This document shows, one piece after another, positions 11,711-24,000 of a stretch of DNA of 64,000 nucleotides (its first letter is position 1; the number at the start of each line of letters is the position of its first letter). The notes beneath the pieces are model-generated. The model saw only the letters and a program-made list of their open reading frames with translations, did not search any database and was not told the DNA's origin. A program made the translations under genes and the position numbers. The stretch comes from Euglena gracilis. Taxonomy: Eukaryota. Location: positions 33,333,455 through 33,397,454 of the forward strand of contig CP154954.1 in assembly GCA_039621445.1 (NCBI GenBank). The letters run 5' to 3'.

Positions 11711-14700
11711 TTGATTGGCAAATGCCAATCACCATGGAGGTGGGCCTTTTTCAAAGCAGAATTTTTTCAAAAATTTAAGGTTGTTTAAGCTTTTTTAAGG
11801 CTTTGTAACAGCACTTTGAGGCTTTTTGGTGCGCCACTTTTCAGGGTGGTACAAGGGCCATCCAGGCATGCATCGAACCAACGTTTTGATTTTCACAAGG
11901 TCCAAATCCAAAAAAAAAGAGGGCAAAAGGCTCATTTTTTTTTTTCAGTTTTGACTAGACAATGTTCCAACGATGCCAGAAATCGCTTTTCCTCCCCTGG
12001 ATTTGGCCTGTTATTTTGCTGAGATTTTTGCACTTTCATTTTTGCTGGGTTGGAGGAAAATTTTCCCCTCAGAAATTTTAAGGCATTGGCATTTTAAGGG
12101 ATTTTTACCCATTTTGGCCAAGAATTTAAAGTGAATTTTAAGGCATTTCTGTCAGAGAAAGTTTTTTTTGTTCGTGCTTCACATTTGTGGTCAATTCCAC
12201 TGGATCCCAAAGTGACCAACCCACCTCCCAGGCAGGTGCTGAATTGCTATTTTTCCAGGAAAATGGTCTTTAGCAGAGTAGAAAATGACTCCCCCTGGGG
12301 GAGTTGGTGAAAAATGGTCAATACCATCCCCCCCTTTATTTGACCCCCCCCCCTTAATTGAACATTTGGGTCTGGGGGAAAAAATTTTAGGCGCCAAAGG
12401 CGCCGAATTTTTTTTGTCCTCTCTCAAAGCCGAATTTCCGACCCCCCCCCCTCCTTTGAGCATTTGGGGGGTCTTTTGACCCGTGGCTGTGCTCAAATCA
12501 AGGGGGGGGGAATTGGCGCTCCTCCCTGCTGCCAGGGGAATATTGCCTGTGTGCCGAAGGGTGGCAATTTCACACCTTCTTTATGACTTATAATGACCAG
12601 GTTCCCTCAGACCCCCCATCAGCCAATTAGCTGGGGGGGACAAGCAAGGAGACTCAAGGATCCCACCCCCTGCTATCACCCCCAGCACAAAATTTGTTTT
12701 TTTTTGTGCACGGTTGGGTGCTTTGTGAATTTTTTTCTCCACTTTTTGATGGACATTTGTTTCAATGGTCAATTTTTGGGGAAGTCGTTGGAGCCTGGCC
12801 AAATTTTTGCCAGTGTTGTCCTGGTGGCCAATTAGGGGGGGTGAGGGTAGGGGGTACTAAATCCCCAAGGACCAGCCGAAGAACTTTTTTTTTGGAGTGC
12901 GAAAGGAGTGTCAGAAAAGTGCCAATTAGGTGGAATACTGGCAACGCACCCTAATTGTCCAATTAGGGTGCGTTGACATCACCAAAGGGGGTCTGGCAGT
13001 GCCCCCAGGGGTGACAAATACGGTAGGTGCCACTCTATAAATCAAAAATGACACCCACCGCTCCGCAATAAGAAATTTTGCTCGCTGCCGATGACAGTTC
13101 TTTTTGATTTTCCCTTCAAAATCCCCATAAATGACACCCTGGGGGGGTTTGGAGGGTTTCGGGGTGAATTATGAGGGATGTCGACAACGAAAATCGAACG
13201 CTCCCCATTGCTGACTGATTTTGTCCTCCAAGCTCCAGAAATCGCAAAAAACGACATCCAGCAAATGATTCACCAAGGTTGCCTTTCTACTCACCTCTCA
13301 CAAGACTGAAATGAAGGCAACCAAGGAACGTTGAATTTACACAACCCAACAACGCCCTCGATAAGTCCATAGGAAAGTCAGCTGTGTGGTGATTCATCCT
13401 CGGGATGTGGCGGGAGGTGCTCGTGGTGCCTCCGTGGCTGCATGGAGAGCTTTGGCAGCTCCCTTGTACAGACAATGCAGCTGCGGGATCAGGATTCTTT
13501 TTAAGATGCTGGACCCTTTTTCAGGCATTGACTGTAAGTTTTAGGGCGTCTCCCCAAAGAGTCTCGGGCGTCCTCTTTCTTTGGGCCCTTCCTGTCTCAA
13601 AAGAAGCACAAAAAGATCCAATCAAATTTTACTGACGGAACGTTGTGTAATTTTCTGGCAACAAACCCTGTGTGGAGGATTCGCTTTGACACTGACATTC
13701 TGATCTGTTCAATGCATATTCAAAGCGTTGGCATTCTGTTGCTTTTGAAGGAAAAAGAGCAAAAACAGTGCTTTTTAAAAAAGAAAACGGTATGAAAACA
13801 TAAAAAATAAAAGGAAAATTTTAGCGAAGGAAAAAGGTCAAAATGAAAAGTCGGAGTATTTTGAGAATTTGCAGAATTTTATCTCAAACAAGCTTTGAAG
13901 AATATTTGGCCCAGTTTTTGTTCAAAAAGTAATTGAAAGTTGAAAAAGCAAATGGTTTCTCCCAGTTTTTTAAAAACCAAAAGTAAGTTTCATCCCCACC
14001 TTTAGCCGAAGTGTTTCAAAATGCCCCTGTAATAGAAGTGTGTCCCTCCAACCAAAGTGAACCAAAATGTCCCCATAACCGAAATGTCATTGTAGCCAGG
14101 CCCCTGGGGATGCGTTATTTGAGCAGCAAGAGGAAGGAATTTCTGGGCCATGATGTCCTGACACATTGAAGGGCGTCGCATATTGCCCTTGAGTGTCCCC
14201 ACTCTCCTCAGCCCAAAAAAGAAACTCTGTACAGGGTTCATTGCTTGGCGATGGTGGCGTGGCAGCTCTGAGCAACCTCAGCAACTTTTCGTCCGGAGAA
14301 GCACCTTGCATTTTGTGGATACGATTATGCAATACAAACAACAATTGATTTTGCCGTTGCATTGAAATTTTGGTAAATTCAAATTGTGAGGTGGGATGAT
14401 TGGAGGAGTTATTTCACGTGCTAATGTGCTCGGCGATTTCCGCAGCCCATTGAAGCTGGCTTTGAAATGACATTTGCCCACGCACATCCAAGTTTTCTCC
14501 AAATTACAGTCCGGACAAAAATGGCGGAAGCGGACGGGAAACAAAATGACGGGAAATAAAATGATGGGAAAATTTTTATTCTGGAAAAAGTAATGGAAAT
14601 TTCAATTTTCCATGAAGGTAATAAGTGGGAGTTTTTCGGCAGCACCTCAAAATTCCAAGAAAGTGTCAAAATGGTGTTCTGGGTGTTCTTTTTTTTGTGG

Positions 14701-15095
14701 TTGTATTGAAAACACACCCCAAACTTGATCATATGTCATACCCCCATCCTTTGTGCGTGAAATTTGACCAGCTGTGAATGTGGTTCCTCCAAAAGGGCAT
14801 AGAAAGGGTACAGGGGGAAAAAATGATGGAAAAATGACGGGAAATTTTTGGTGGTTTCCCATCATCTTTGTTTCCCATCATTTTTGTCCGGACTGTGCAC
14901 ACGAAAGCAAAGCATCAAGTCGTTGCACACTTTTTGCCATAAATTGTGGTTTATTGAATTTTGTATGTGAAGCTTTTTTGGCTTTAAATGGGCGTTGGGT
15001 GATTCTGGTTCCAGCATTTGTTTCCTTCAATATTGGGATGAATGCGTTCACTCACAGATGGAGAATGGAAGTCCAGTGGCAGCCTCACTGTGTGC

Positions 15096-18000
15096 TCACC
15101 TGCGCGTCCCTCACGTCCCTCACCCTGCACCTCCACAAGAACAAGATCGAGAGTGCCGGGGCGGAGGCGCTCGCGCTGCTGCAGCGGGCCGCCTCCCTGC
15201 ACACCCTGTGCCCAGGGCCGGGGCTCCACGGACGGGGCTGATAGGTCCAGGGCTGCCCTTGGAGGAGTGGGAGCACACCATTTGTAGGGGTGGGTGGTAT
15301 GCTCCAGGGGTGGGGTCAAGGCAGTTTATCCGCCTCGGGGGTGAAATTGATATCCGCGATTTTTCCGCGATTTCCGCAATTTTCCATAACTTCCCGCAAT
15401 TTTTCAGCATTTTTTTCCCTTTGAGCTTTTTTTCTCGCATGAACCTGAAATGGAAGGCGAAACGAGTTCCGGCCATTCCTGAACGTTTCACAAGGGAATC
15501 AGGTGCTTTTTTGTCATTTTGTTGCAAATTTGCCAAAAGTTGCCAAAAATATTTTAAAACTTGACAAAATTCTGGGTCTTTTTTAGGTTTTCCCCCAATT
15601 TCTGCTGGGAAATAATTCTGCTCACCTGACCAGATTTTACCCGAGACCAAAGTTTTCGGCAACTTTTTGCCAGTTTTGGCTTTTTCACCAAGAAATTCCA
15701 TGTTTCCCGAACGAGCATGTTCCAAATTACAAAAATCAAGTTTTTAGACCTTTTTGTTGGAAAAAATGTGAATAACGGCTCAAAAGATACACCTGTGTTG
15801 CAAAATGAGCAAATTTGTGAGTTTTTTTTTTCCAACCCCCACTTCCAGGAGAAGTGCACTAATTTTCAAAAACACATTTAAAAAATTTCCTGCAATTTTT
15901 ACGCAGTTTTTCCGAAAGACTCTGATATCTATCCCCCACCCCTGCACCCTTGTGTGTCCCAAGCACGCGAAAGTATGCCAAGCACATCAGATAACACTGA
16001 CCCCCCAGGTCATCCTGTGTATATTTTCTGTAATTCTTGTCCAGTGCACAAGGAATTGAATGTCACAAGGAATGAATAAAAAAAATACGGAGGTAGCCCA
16101 ACTGCAAACCTCGTCCCTGCCTCTGCTTGAACTTGTGGGACAACCAAGTGACGTCGGATGGTGCCGTTGCATTGGCACGCCTCAAAGATTCTGTTTGGGT
16201 CTCTGCCAATTTATCTTCTGAGCCTGCTTTGATGCATCACATTTCAACAGCAAATCCCAATCACAAGTAGCATGGGAGCCTGGCCTTGCTTGGACACTCC
16301 CCACAGGGGTGTCCAGCCAGTCAGCTGCTTTTCCAGCGAAGTTAGCTTTGGCAGCCGATCTCGCATTTCAGCCGTATCTCGTCCCGTTTGCGCAACAAAG
16401 GTTTTACCTAAGGTTTTACATTTCTTGTTTTTTTTCAGGTTTTACAATTTTTTTACATTTTTTTTCGGAACGCAGGGGAAACAAAACTTGGAAGAATTTA
16501 GATCAGGCAAAAAAACACAAAAATTGAGCCTTTGCCCCGGGGTTCAAATGGTGGCGATCCTCATGTGAGGGGACAGTTTGGAGAAATTCTAGAAAGGGTT
16601 TTTTAATTTTGAAGCTTTTGCAGTAGGTATGTCTGACATGAAAGCACCATGGAAACAGCCCTTGAATTAGTTGTGGTGTGGAGGAGGACTCGAGGAAAGA
16701 GTGTCCGGGAATTGCATTGTAAACCTCCCAAATTTCAGCACGGATGTGCGGAAAGCGGGGGCACACGTCTTTGGGCCTTCTGTCAATTTTCTTCAGAATT
16801 CCATCAGAATTAGGGTTCAACCCCCTATTTTTTTGAAAACCAAAATTGTTTCAAGACCACAAAAATGTTCTTTTTTCTGGGAAAGAAAGGGTACTCAAAC
16901 AAGTTCTGGGGTTTTTGTTTTCCATGTAACCCCTCATTTAGACAGATTTTTTTTATGTTTGGACCTGGGGGGTGTGGGGTGAGCTGGTCTGCTGGAACCT
17001 CCAGGGTGGGTTACCCCTCCAAATTTAAACAACCCCTCCAAAATTAAGCAGCACCCACATTTAAGCAACCTTTGGGGCTGAACCGATCGACATGGTGGGT
17101 GAAATGCCGGTGTAATCACTTAAATACATCGCAGTGAGTGTTTCGCCGACCAGGTCAGCTTCCCAAATTGGCCTCCAAGCAGGCGCTCGACTTGAAGGTC
17201 CAGGCGAAAAGTTGAAGCGTGGGCCGATTTCTTCCCCCCCCCCCCCAGTCCCTGCCCAGGACCTGCTGCAGCCCATCCCCTCTTCGGGGGGGGGGGGTAC
17301 TGTGAACCCGAAAAACAGCAGCCTGGCCTGGGCAGTGCACAACGGCAGGTGTCTCCATAGCACACGGCACATACACTTTGCATGTGTGTTTGGGAGCCTT
17401 CTGGCAGGGGTGGGTGGGGGGACCCCTCCCTCCCTCCATCCTGGTCTTTAAGAAATCCCTGCATTGAAGGCTTGGCAGGGGTCTGGACCCCAGAACTGTG
17501 CGGGAATCCTTGAACCCCCATGGGTATGGGTGGGGGGATGGGGGGGGCTAGCATGCATTCCAACCGGCAGAGGTCCCACCCCGCATCCCTTCGTGTTCTG
17601 GCGCTTGACCTTTCTGACAACGCCGTGGGGGACAGGGGTGCTACTGCCTTGGCTGGTTTGATTGGGCTCTCCACCGTGTGGAGTGGTTTATGCAATGGGA
17701 AGCACCGTAACGCAACGTCCCCATAACGCTTTACCGGGACAGTTTTATTTGGAACGAACCTTGTTTGGCACCTCTTGGCACCTCTTCTTTTGGCAGAGGT
17801 GCCAATAGGTAAGGTGCAGATGGTGCCAAAGTACAACAAGTGACAATCCTGCCAGGGTGAACTTTATTAGCCAAAACCTGCAGTCCAACAACTAAATGAT
17901 ATTGATGAATTGCATTGGGGGGAACCACAGTTTTCATCTACAATGAAGAAGGCCCATACTGGCCATCACACTGGAATGACTTCTTGTCACCCGTTTCTTA

Positions 18001-21000
18001 AAAAAAAGTAGGTGCTGATAACATGGCTATAAGAGTTTTTTTTCCACCTTTTTATTATTATCATCCTTTTTTGATTGGCTTTGGAGGGCCTTCCTCCGTT
18101 CCAGCCACTGCATTCGTTCTATTGTGTTCACTGTGTCAAATTGTCAACCACGTCTATATCTTTGGCATGCAACTAGATTTCCAAGACAGTAGTGATGTTG
18201 CGCGAACTCAGAACGGTCCAATCGTTTAAAAAAGGCAGTTGAAAGTCAAAAAAAAATCGTCATCTGTCGCTGGATTCAGCTGTTTCAGGCTATTCATGTG
18301 CTCTTGGTCATTCCCATTATGGAGTGCTCACTCGCTGCCAACTCTCAGCCTGTCGTGGGTTGTCCACCCTGCCCACTGTCCTTCACACCTCTCGTGTGCC
18401 AGGCGTTTGGAATCAACTTGGCCACGGCCTGTCACCCTGGCCCATATGGCACGGCCATTGGGGGGGGGGTAGTATAAAGCCCCCCAAATATAAACCTCCG
18501 CAGGAGGTTTGGTTTTGCCCGAATATAAAGCCCTCCCCAATGTGACACCCGCCGATCAGGGAAAACAGATGGGTGGATGTAACAATTTCCCACCAGAAAT
18601 TCTCCATTTTGGACAAAAATTGCAAATTCTGAGGTAAATTTGAGGTACACAATGAAAATTTGGTATAATTTTGGCACTTGACTGTGGTTGAAGGCTGCCA
18701 AAGTCAGGATGGGCCACCCAGAAACAGTCGATCCCCCCCAATTTTAAACTCCCCACCCCAAATATAAAGTCCCCCTTGAGGGTCTTGAAATCCCGCCCAA
18801 ATGTGAAGGGGGGGCTTTATATTTGGGGGGGGGGTTAGGTAAGGGCAGCCTCTCTTGCACAAGTGTCGTTGAAACTGTGCCAAAGCGCACTTTCGGAATG
18901 CCACCTGGCATTTCCATTGAAATGCTGTGTCGTTCACACGGCAAGTTGTTGCCCTCCCCTGTGTCAACAACACGTTCTTGGAACAATGATGTGTAACAAC
19001 AACATCCTTGGACAAAGAGGGGGTACCCGGGCCTGTCATCTCCTGATAACTGAACCAGCTTCTTTTTAGCTCAGAAGACCCCCACAGGGGGGGGGCTGGG
19101 GCCGAACCTCCTTCCGGGGTGGAGGTTCGGCCCCAGACGGGCCGAACCCCTGGAGGTCCGGGTTTCAGCGCGAAGCGCTGGAAGGTTTTTTTTTTTGGGA
19201 AATGCCTTCAGAGAGTCCGTTTTTGGGGATAGTCCCCGCTGTCCCGGGGGGGGGGGGTCCTGTGCCCGGCTGGGTGGGGGGGGGGGCCCGCCCTCCCCCC
19301 GGGCGCTTAAAAATAGAATCCTCATCCAGTTGGGAGAACTTTGCCTCACTGCGACCGCCGTCCGCTCCAATGCCGGACCTCGCAAAGGGCGCTGCCGCCG
19401 ATGCTCGACCTCCACAACAATCGGGTGGGGCCGCTCGGGGCGGCGGAGCTGGCTGGACTCCAGCGCCACGCGGGCCTCGCTCGGCTGTGCCTCGACCAGG
19501 CCGTTTTTTAAGCTGGTGCCGACCCCACCCCGGGGGGTGGGTAGTGCCTGCCTGGGCAGGCACCCCAAGGCACTCCAAGCCCAAACCCCGGGGTTGGTAA
19601 AAAAAAAAAGCCTGGCCTCGACCTCTCCCACAACGAGATTGGGGACATCGGGGCCTCCGCCCTGGCGGCCGCCGCCCTCCCTGTGGTCCCCCTTGAAGTG
19701 TTTTGCCATAAAGCTGCCTTTGGGTGCCTGGTGGCGTTGTATTTTCCAGTCCTTGGTGAGGGGGTATCAAAAGCATTGGGAAATGCTGAAGGTGCAGAGA
19801 AAAGCGTCACAAAGGACTGATATTTAAATTTGTAAAACTTTTCCTGAAAATTCCTCCTCCCTAGGGGAATAATGGACAGCCAATTGATCCACTTTTTTTT
19901 ATTTTTGCAATTTTCCGCAATTTTCTGCAATCTTCCCACAATTTTCAGCAGTTTCCCCTCGGTTTCCTGCATTTTGCCTCAATTCCCGCAATTTCCTGCA
20001 AATTCTCCAATTTTTTTGCTTTGCAAAATTTATCGCATCAATGAGTTCCGGCCATTCCACGGATGATATAAAAACGAAGGGGTAACACAAGTACCTTTTT
20101 CGTATGTGTTTACATTTTCTCGAAATCTTGGCAAATTTTTGTCAAAACCCGGCAAGGCCGGCCAATTCGGCAATTCTTTTTTTTCCTTTAAGTTCTGTTG
20201 GTAAATGATTTTGCCTTCAATTTGGACCAGATTTATCCCAAGACGAAATTTTTTGGCAAATTTTGTCATTTTTTTTTATTTTTTGGGCCAACGAAATTGC
20301 ATATGTTGTGGAAGCAGCATGTTTCCAAAATAAGAAGAAGTATAATTTTGTAATATTTTGTTGGAAAAAATGCCAAACAATGTTGCAAAATTTCTGGAGC
20401 AGTTGAAAAATTTTGCAGGAGTACGTGATTATTAGTTACTTCTATTCGGGGTGTAGCTCAGAATCGTGTCCTTCCAGCAGAAATGTGTACATTCCTGATA
20501 TCAGTTTTTTCCTGCAATTTCTCTGATGGCCTCCAATATCAGTTATTCCCCCCCCCCCCGTTTCCCTCTCGGTTCATTGATAATTTGCATTCTTCTGCTG
20601 AGGTTTGAGTTGAGCTTGGCATTGGCAGATTTCTGTTGAAAGGCAGGTTTCCAGCCACCCTTTTCATTCTACTTCAACGGGCTTGGGTCCTTGGACAAAT
20701 AAAATGCTCCAGAGTTTGTGAGAGTGAACAAGAGCCAGCGGAAGGGAGTGGTGGCATCCCCGTTTATGTCCCAATCCCGAGGTGGTGGGGGGGGCACCGA
20801 ATCCAGGCAGGTCGGCGGGCCGGAGCCTCGCCCACATGCCAGGCCTCCAGTGGCTGTCGCTGGACGTGTACAAAACCGACATCGGCCCGGCCAGCGGGGT
20901 GCCCGGCGCTGCCAGAGACCCCACCCTCCCCCTCCACCGGCAATCCCAGCCCACTGGACGGGAACCCCCTTGTGCGTGGCGGGGGCCCAAGCGCTGGCTG

Positions 21001-24000
21001 GACTGGGGGCGGCCCCGGCACTGCACACGCTGCGGCCAGGGCCGGCGGCGGCCCCCGGGCCCGCCCCGGCGCCCCCAGTCCGCAGGGCATGGGAAATAAA
21101 AAGAAAGGGGGAGCAACCACGCTTCTTAGGAAGGTCACAACCCTTCGGGGGTATGGCACCTCCAGCACAAGGCACCCATAGGGGTTGTTGAAAAGGAACC
21201 CGGGAGCCAGGCATTTTTTAAGGCAATTTTTTTTTCAAAAATTTACAGCATTTTTTAAGGCTTTTATGGCATTTTAAGGCTTTAAAGGCTTTTAAGGCGT
21301 TTTAAGGAGCCATTTTTCAGCCCTGTCCATTAAGGCGTTTAAAGGAGCCATTTTTCAGGGCTGTTCAAGGGCTGTGTGGGCATCGAACCAACATTTTTGA
21401 TTTTGCACGAGGTCCAAAATCAAAAATCAAAAACATACTTTTATTTATTTTTTTAATGCCAGAAATCATCATTTTTTCCCCGGAGCTGGCCTGTTTTTGC
21501 CGAGATTTTGCGCTTTCATTTTTGCTCAGTCGGAGAAAAATTCTGCCCATATTTTTAAGCTGCATTTAAAAACATTTAAGGTTTTGGCGCGTTTGAAAAA
21601 TGATGATCCCTGCCTGGAGGCCCCTCCGCCCCGGTCCACTCGCCAGACCTTGTCGATTGCGGCCGAGTGTTGTGCCGGGTGTTGCCGGCGACCCACCGGC
21701 CGCGGCCCTGGCGGCACCTGAACCTGGGCCGCAACCCCATCGGGGACGGCGGGCTGGCTGCGCTGGCGGGGCTGCGCACCGCCGCCCGCCTCGGCACCCT
21801 GTCCCTCGACGCCGCCCGGGCCCACATCGGCCCCGGCGGGGCGGCGGCGCTGGCGAGGGGGGCGGCCTCTGCCATACCCGAACGAGGGATCCGTGACCCG
21901 TGTGTGACCGCTGTGACTTTCCAACTTCCAGCTCTGTTTGTACAGTGGCGGTGTTTCAATGGCCGCGACAGACGGGCCATTGATCAGTTTGGACCCTCGG
22001 GTTGGTGTGCCCCCCCCCCTCGCCGGCCAGGTCCCCGATGGGCCCCACTGCCGCAGGCGGGAGGCCGCCCCCGCCGGGCTGCTGGCGCAAGCGCCGCTCC
22101 TCCACACCCTCCGCCTGGACCTGTCCGGCAACCACCTCGGGCCGGACGGCGCCGAGGCCCTCGCTGGCCTCCGGGCCTCCACGTCCCTGCGCTCTCTGGC
22201 CCTCAACCTGAACCAGAACCAGCTCCGCCGCGGGCAGAGGGCAGTGGCCATGGCTATCATTGTTTCCGCCAATCAATGACGACGATTGTTTGACGTTGAA
22301 GTGATGGTTTTGATCATGACTTGTTTTTGCAGTGGACACGCAAGAGAATTTGGTGAAAACCCGTTGTGAAAATCTGAAACTTTGGGAAACCCCTGTTGTG
22401 CAACTCGCTCATTCAGAGCCTGATCCATAGAGCTGCCCTTTTCCCACCGTAGATGACAAAATTTGGTCTACTTTTGGGCCAAATCGTAACCCTAACCGTA
22501 TCCCACACTAGTGGGCCTGGCCTCCTGGGTAAAAAGCTGCCAATATCAACCCTTGGATATCAAACCAAATTATTCATTTAGATTCGTCGGCACTCCCCCT
22601 GTCCAATCATACGGGCACTCCCCGTGGCGAGGACCCCACTGGTATTCCGTCACCAATGCTCCAACCTGTCCCCTGGGCCCGATGGGGTTTGTTGGCTGGC
22701 GCAGCTGCGGGAGATGCGTCAGTTGCAGACGGTGGTGCTCCAGCTGGGCCTCGGCCAGTGCTCCGAACCCATATGGCCGTGCGGAGGAAAACAATCACAA
22801 GGCCTGAGCTAAGGATGTTCCAGATACAGGGTGGAACCCCCTTTCATAGCCTTCGCGCGTGAATAACTTGGGCCTGGCGGGGAGTTGGGGGTCAAACGGA
22901 GGTGATTCGGAAGGCAGCCCGAAACTACTGGGCCCCCCCGGGGGGGGGGGCCCAGTAGTTAATCCGGGGGGTCAAAATTTTTTTTTGCGTTAGTGATGGA
23001 ATAGGGTTAGGTGCGCGACTTAGGCTTAGGGTTAGGCCTAACTTGTACACCGAACACCCGTCTATAAATTAGGCCTAACCCTAAGCCTAAGTCGCGCACC
23101 TGACCCTATTCCATCATTAACACAAAAAAACTATTCTGACCCCCCGGATTAACTACTGGGCCCCCCCCCCGGGGGGGGGGGGCCCAGTAGTTTCGGGCTG
23201 CCATTCGGAAACTAGAAATCCAGTCGCTCGCGACTGAAAAAAAAAATTCCGGGAACCGGGCCAGGATCATGGTGATAATCAGTCGGTTCCCAAGGTGGCC
23301 CGAGGGGAGGGGGGGGGGTTGGACCCAGGGGTAAGCTTCGCTCTTACCCATAAAGAGATAAGAGCTCAAGCGACCCCCCACCTACAACCCCCCAGGGGTT
23401 AGAGGTGGGGGGGTTTAGGAGGTCCCTCCCTCCCCCTCATTCATGGGCGAGGGGGGCCGGACTGAGGACGATGCCGATAAAAGGCCGCAGACTCTCATTC
23501 CCCTCTGGCAGGACTTTAATGTGCACCAGATAATGATTGGGGTCTGTAATTCAGCCACTGTTCAGAAGGTGGAGGCGGCCCGCCCCCCCCCCCCTCTCTT
23601 CCGACTTTGCCATTTTGCTGGGGTCCAAAAATCGGTCAAAAAATCTATTTTTTGAAAATATCTCGAGAAAACGTACATTATTTCCGGAAATGTGGGTCTG
23701 ACGAAATGCACCCCCGGAGGCCCTCTATCGCCCCCGTTCGCCGTTTTGGCCGCTGACACGCCTGGCCCGTGTTCCGGCGCGCTTTTGCGGCCCAAAACGG
23801 CCATTTGGGGGGGGGGGGTTTTGGGTCGTTTTAGGGTCAAAAAATCGGTTTTTCCAAAATATCTCGACAATGAATCAAAATCAAAGAAAATGTCCGGACT
23901 GCAAAATTGAAGCCCTTGGAATGGTTTATTTTTCCCCCAATTCTTCGTGTAGCCCGAGTTACCATTTTCCGTTACCGAGTTACCGAGTTACCGAGTTACC

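Noticed and set aside
13405-13465. Possible extra LRR-gene exon (GASVAAWRALAAPL), and another at about 16275-16300 (SLALLGHS)
   Set aside because: Both are coding-like and followed by NNN-CAG, but I could not find frame-consistent partner junctions.
23002-23106. TTAGGG motifs as a telomere
   Set aside because: Only a few interrupted units, lying inside a foldback element.
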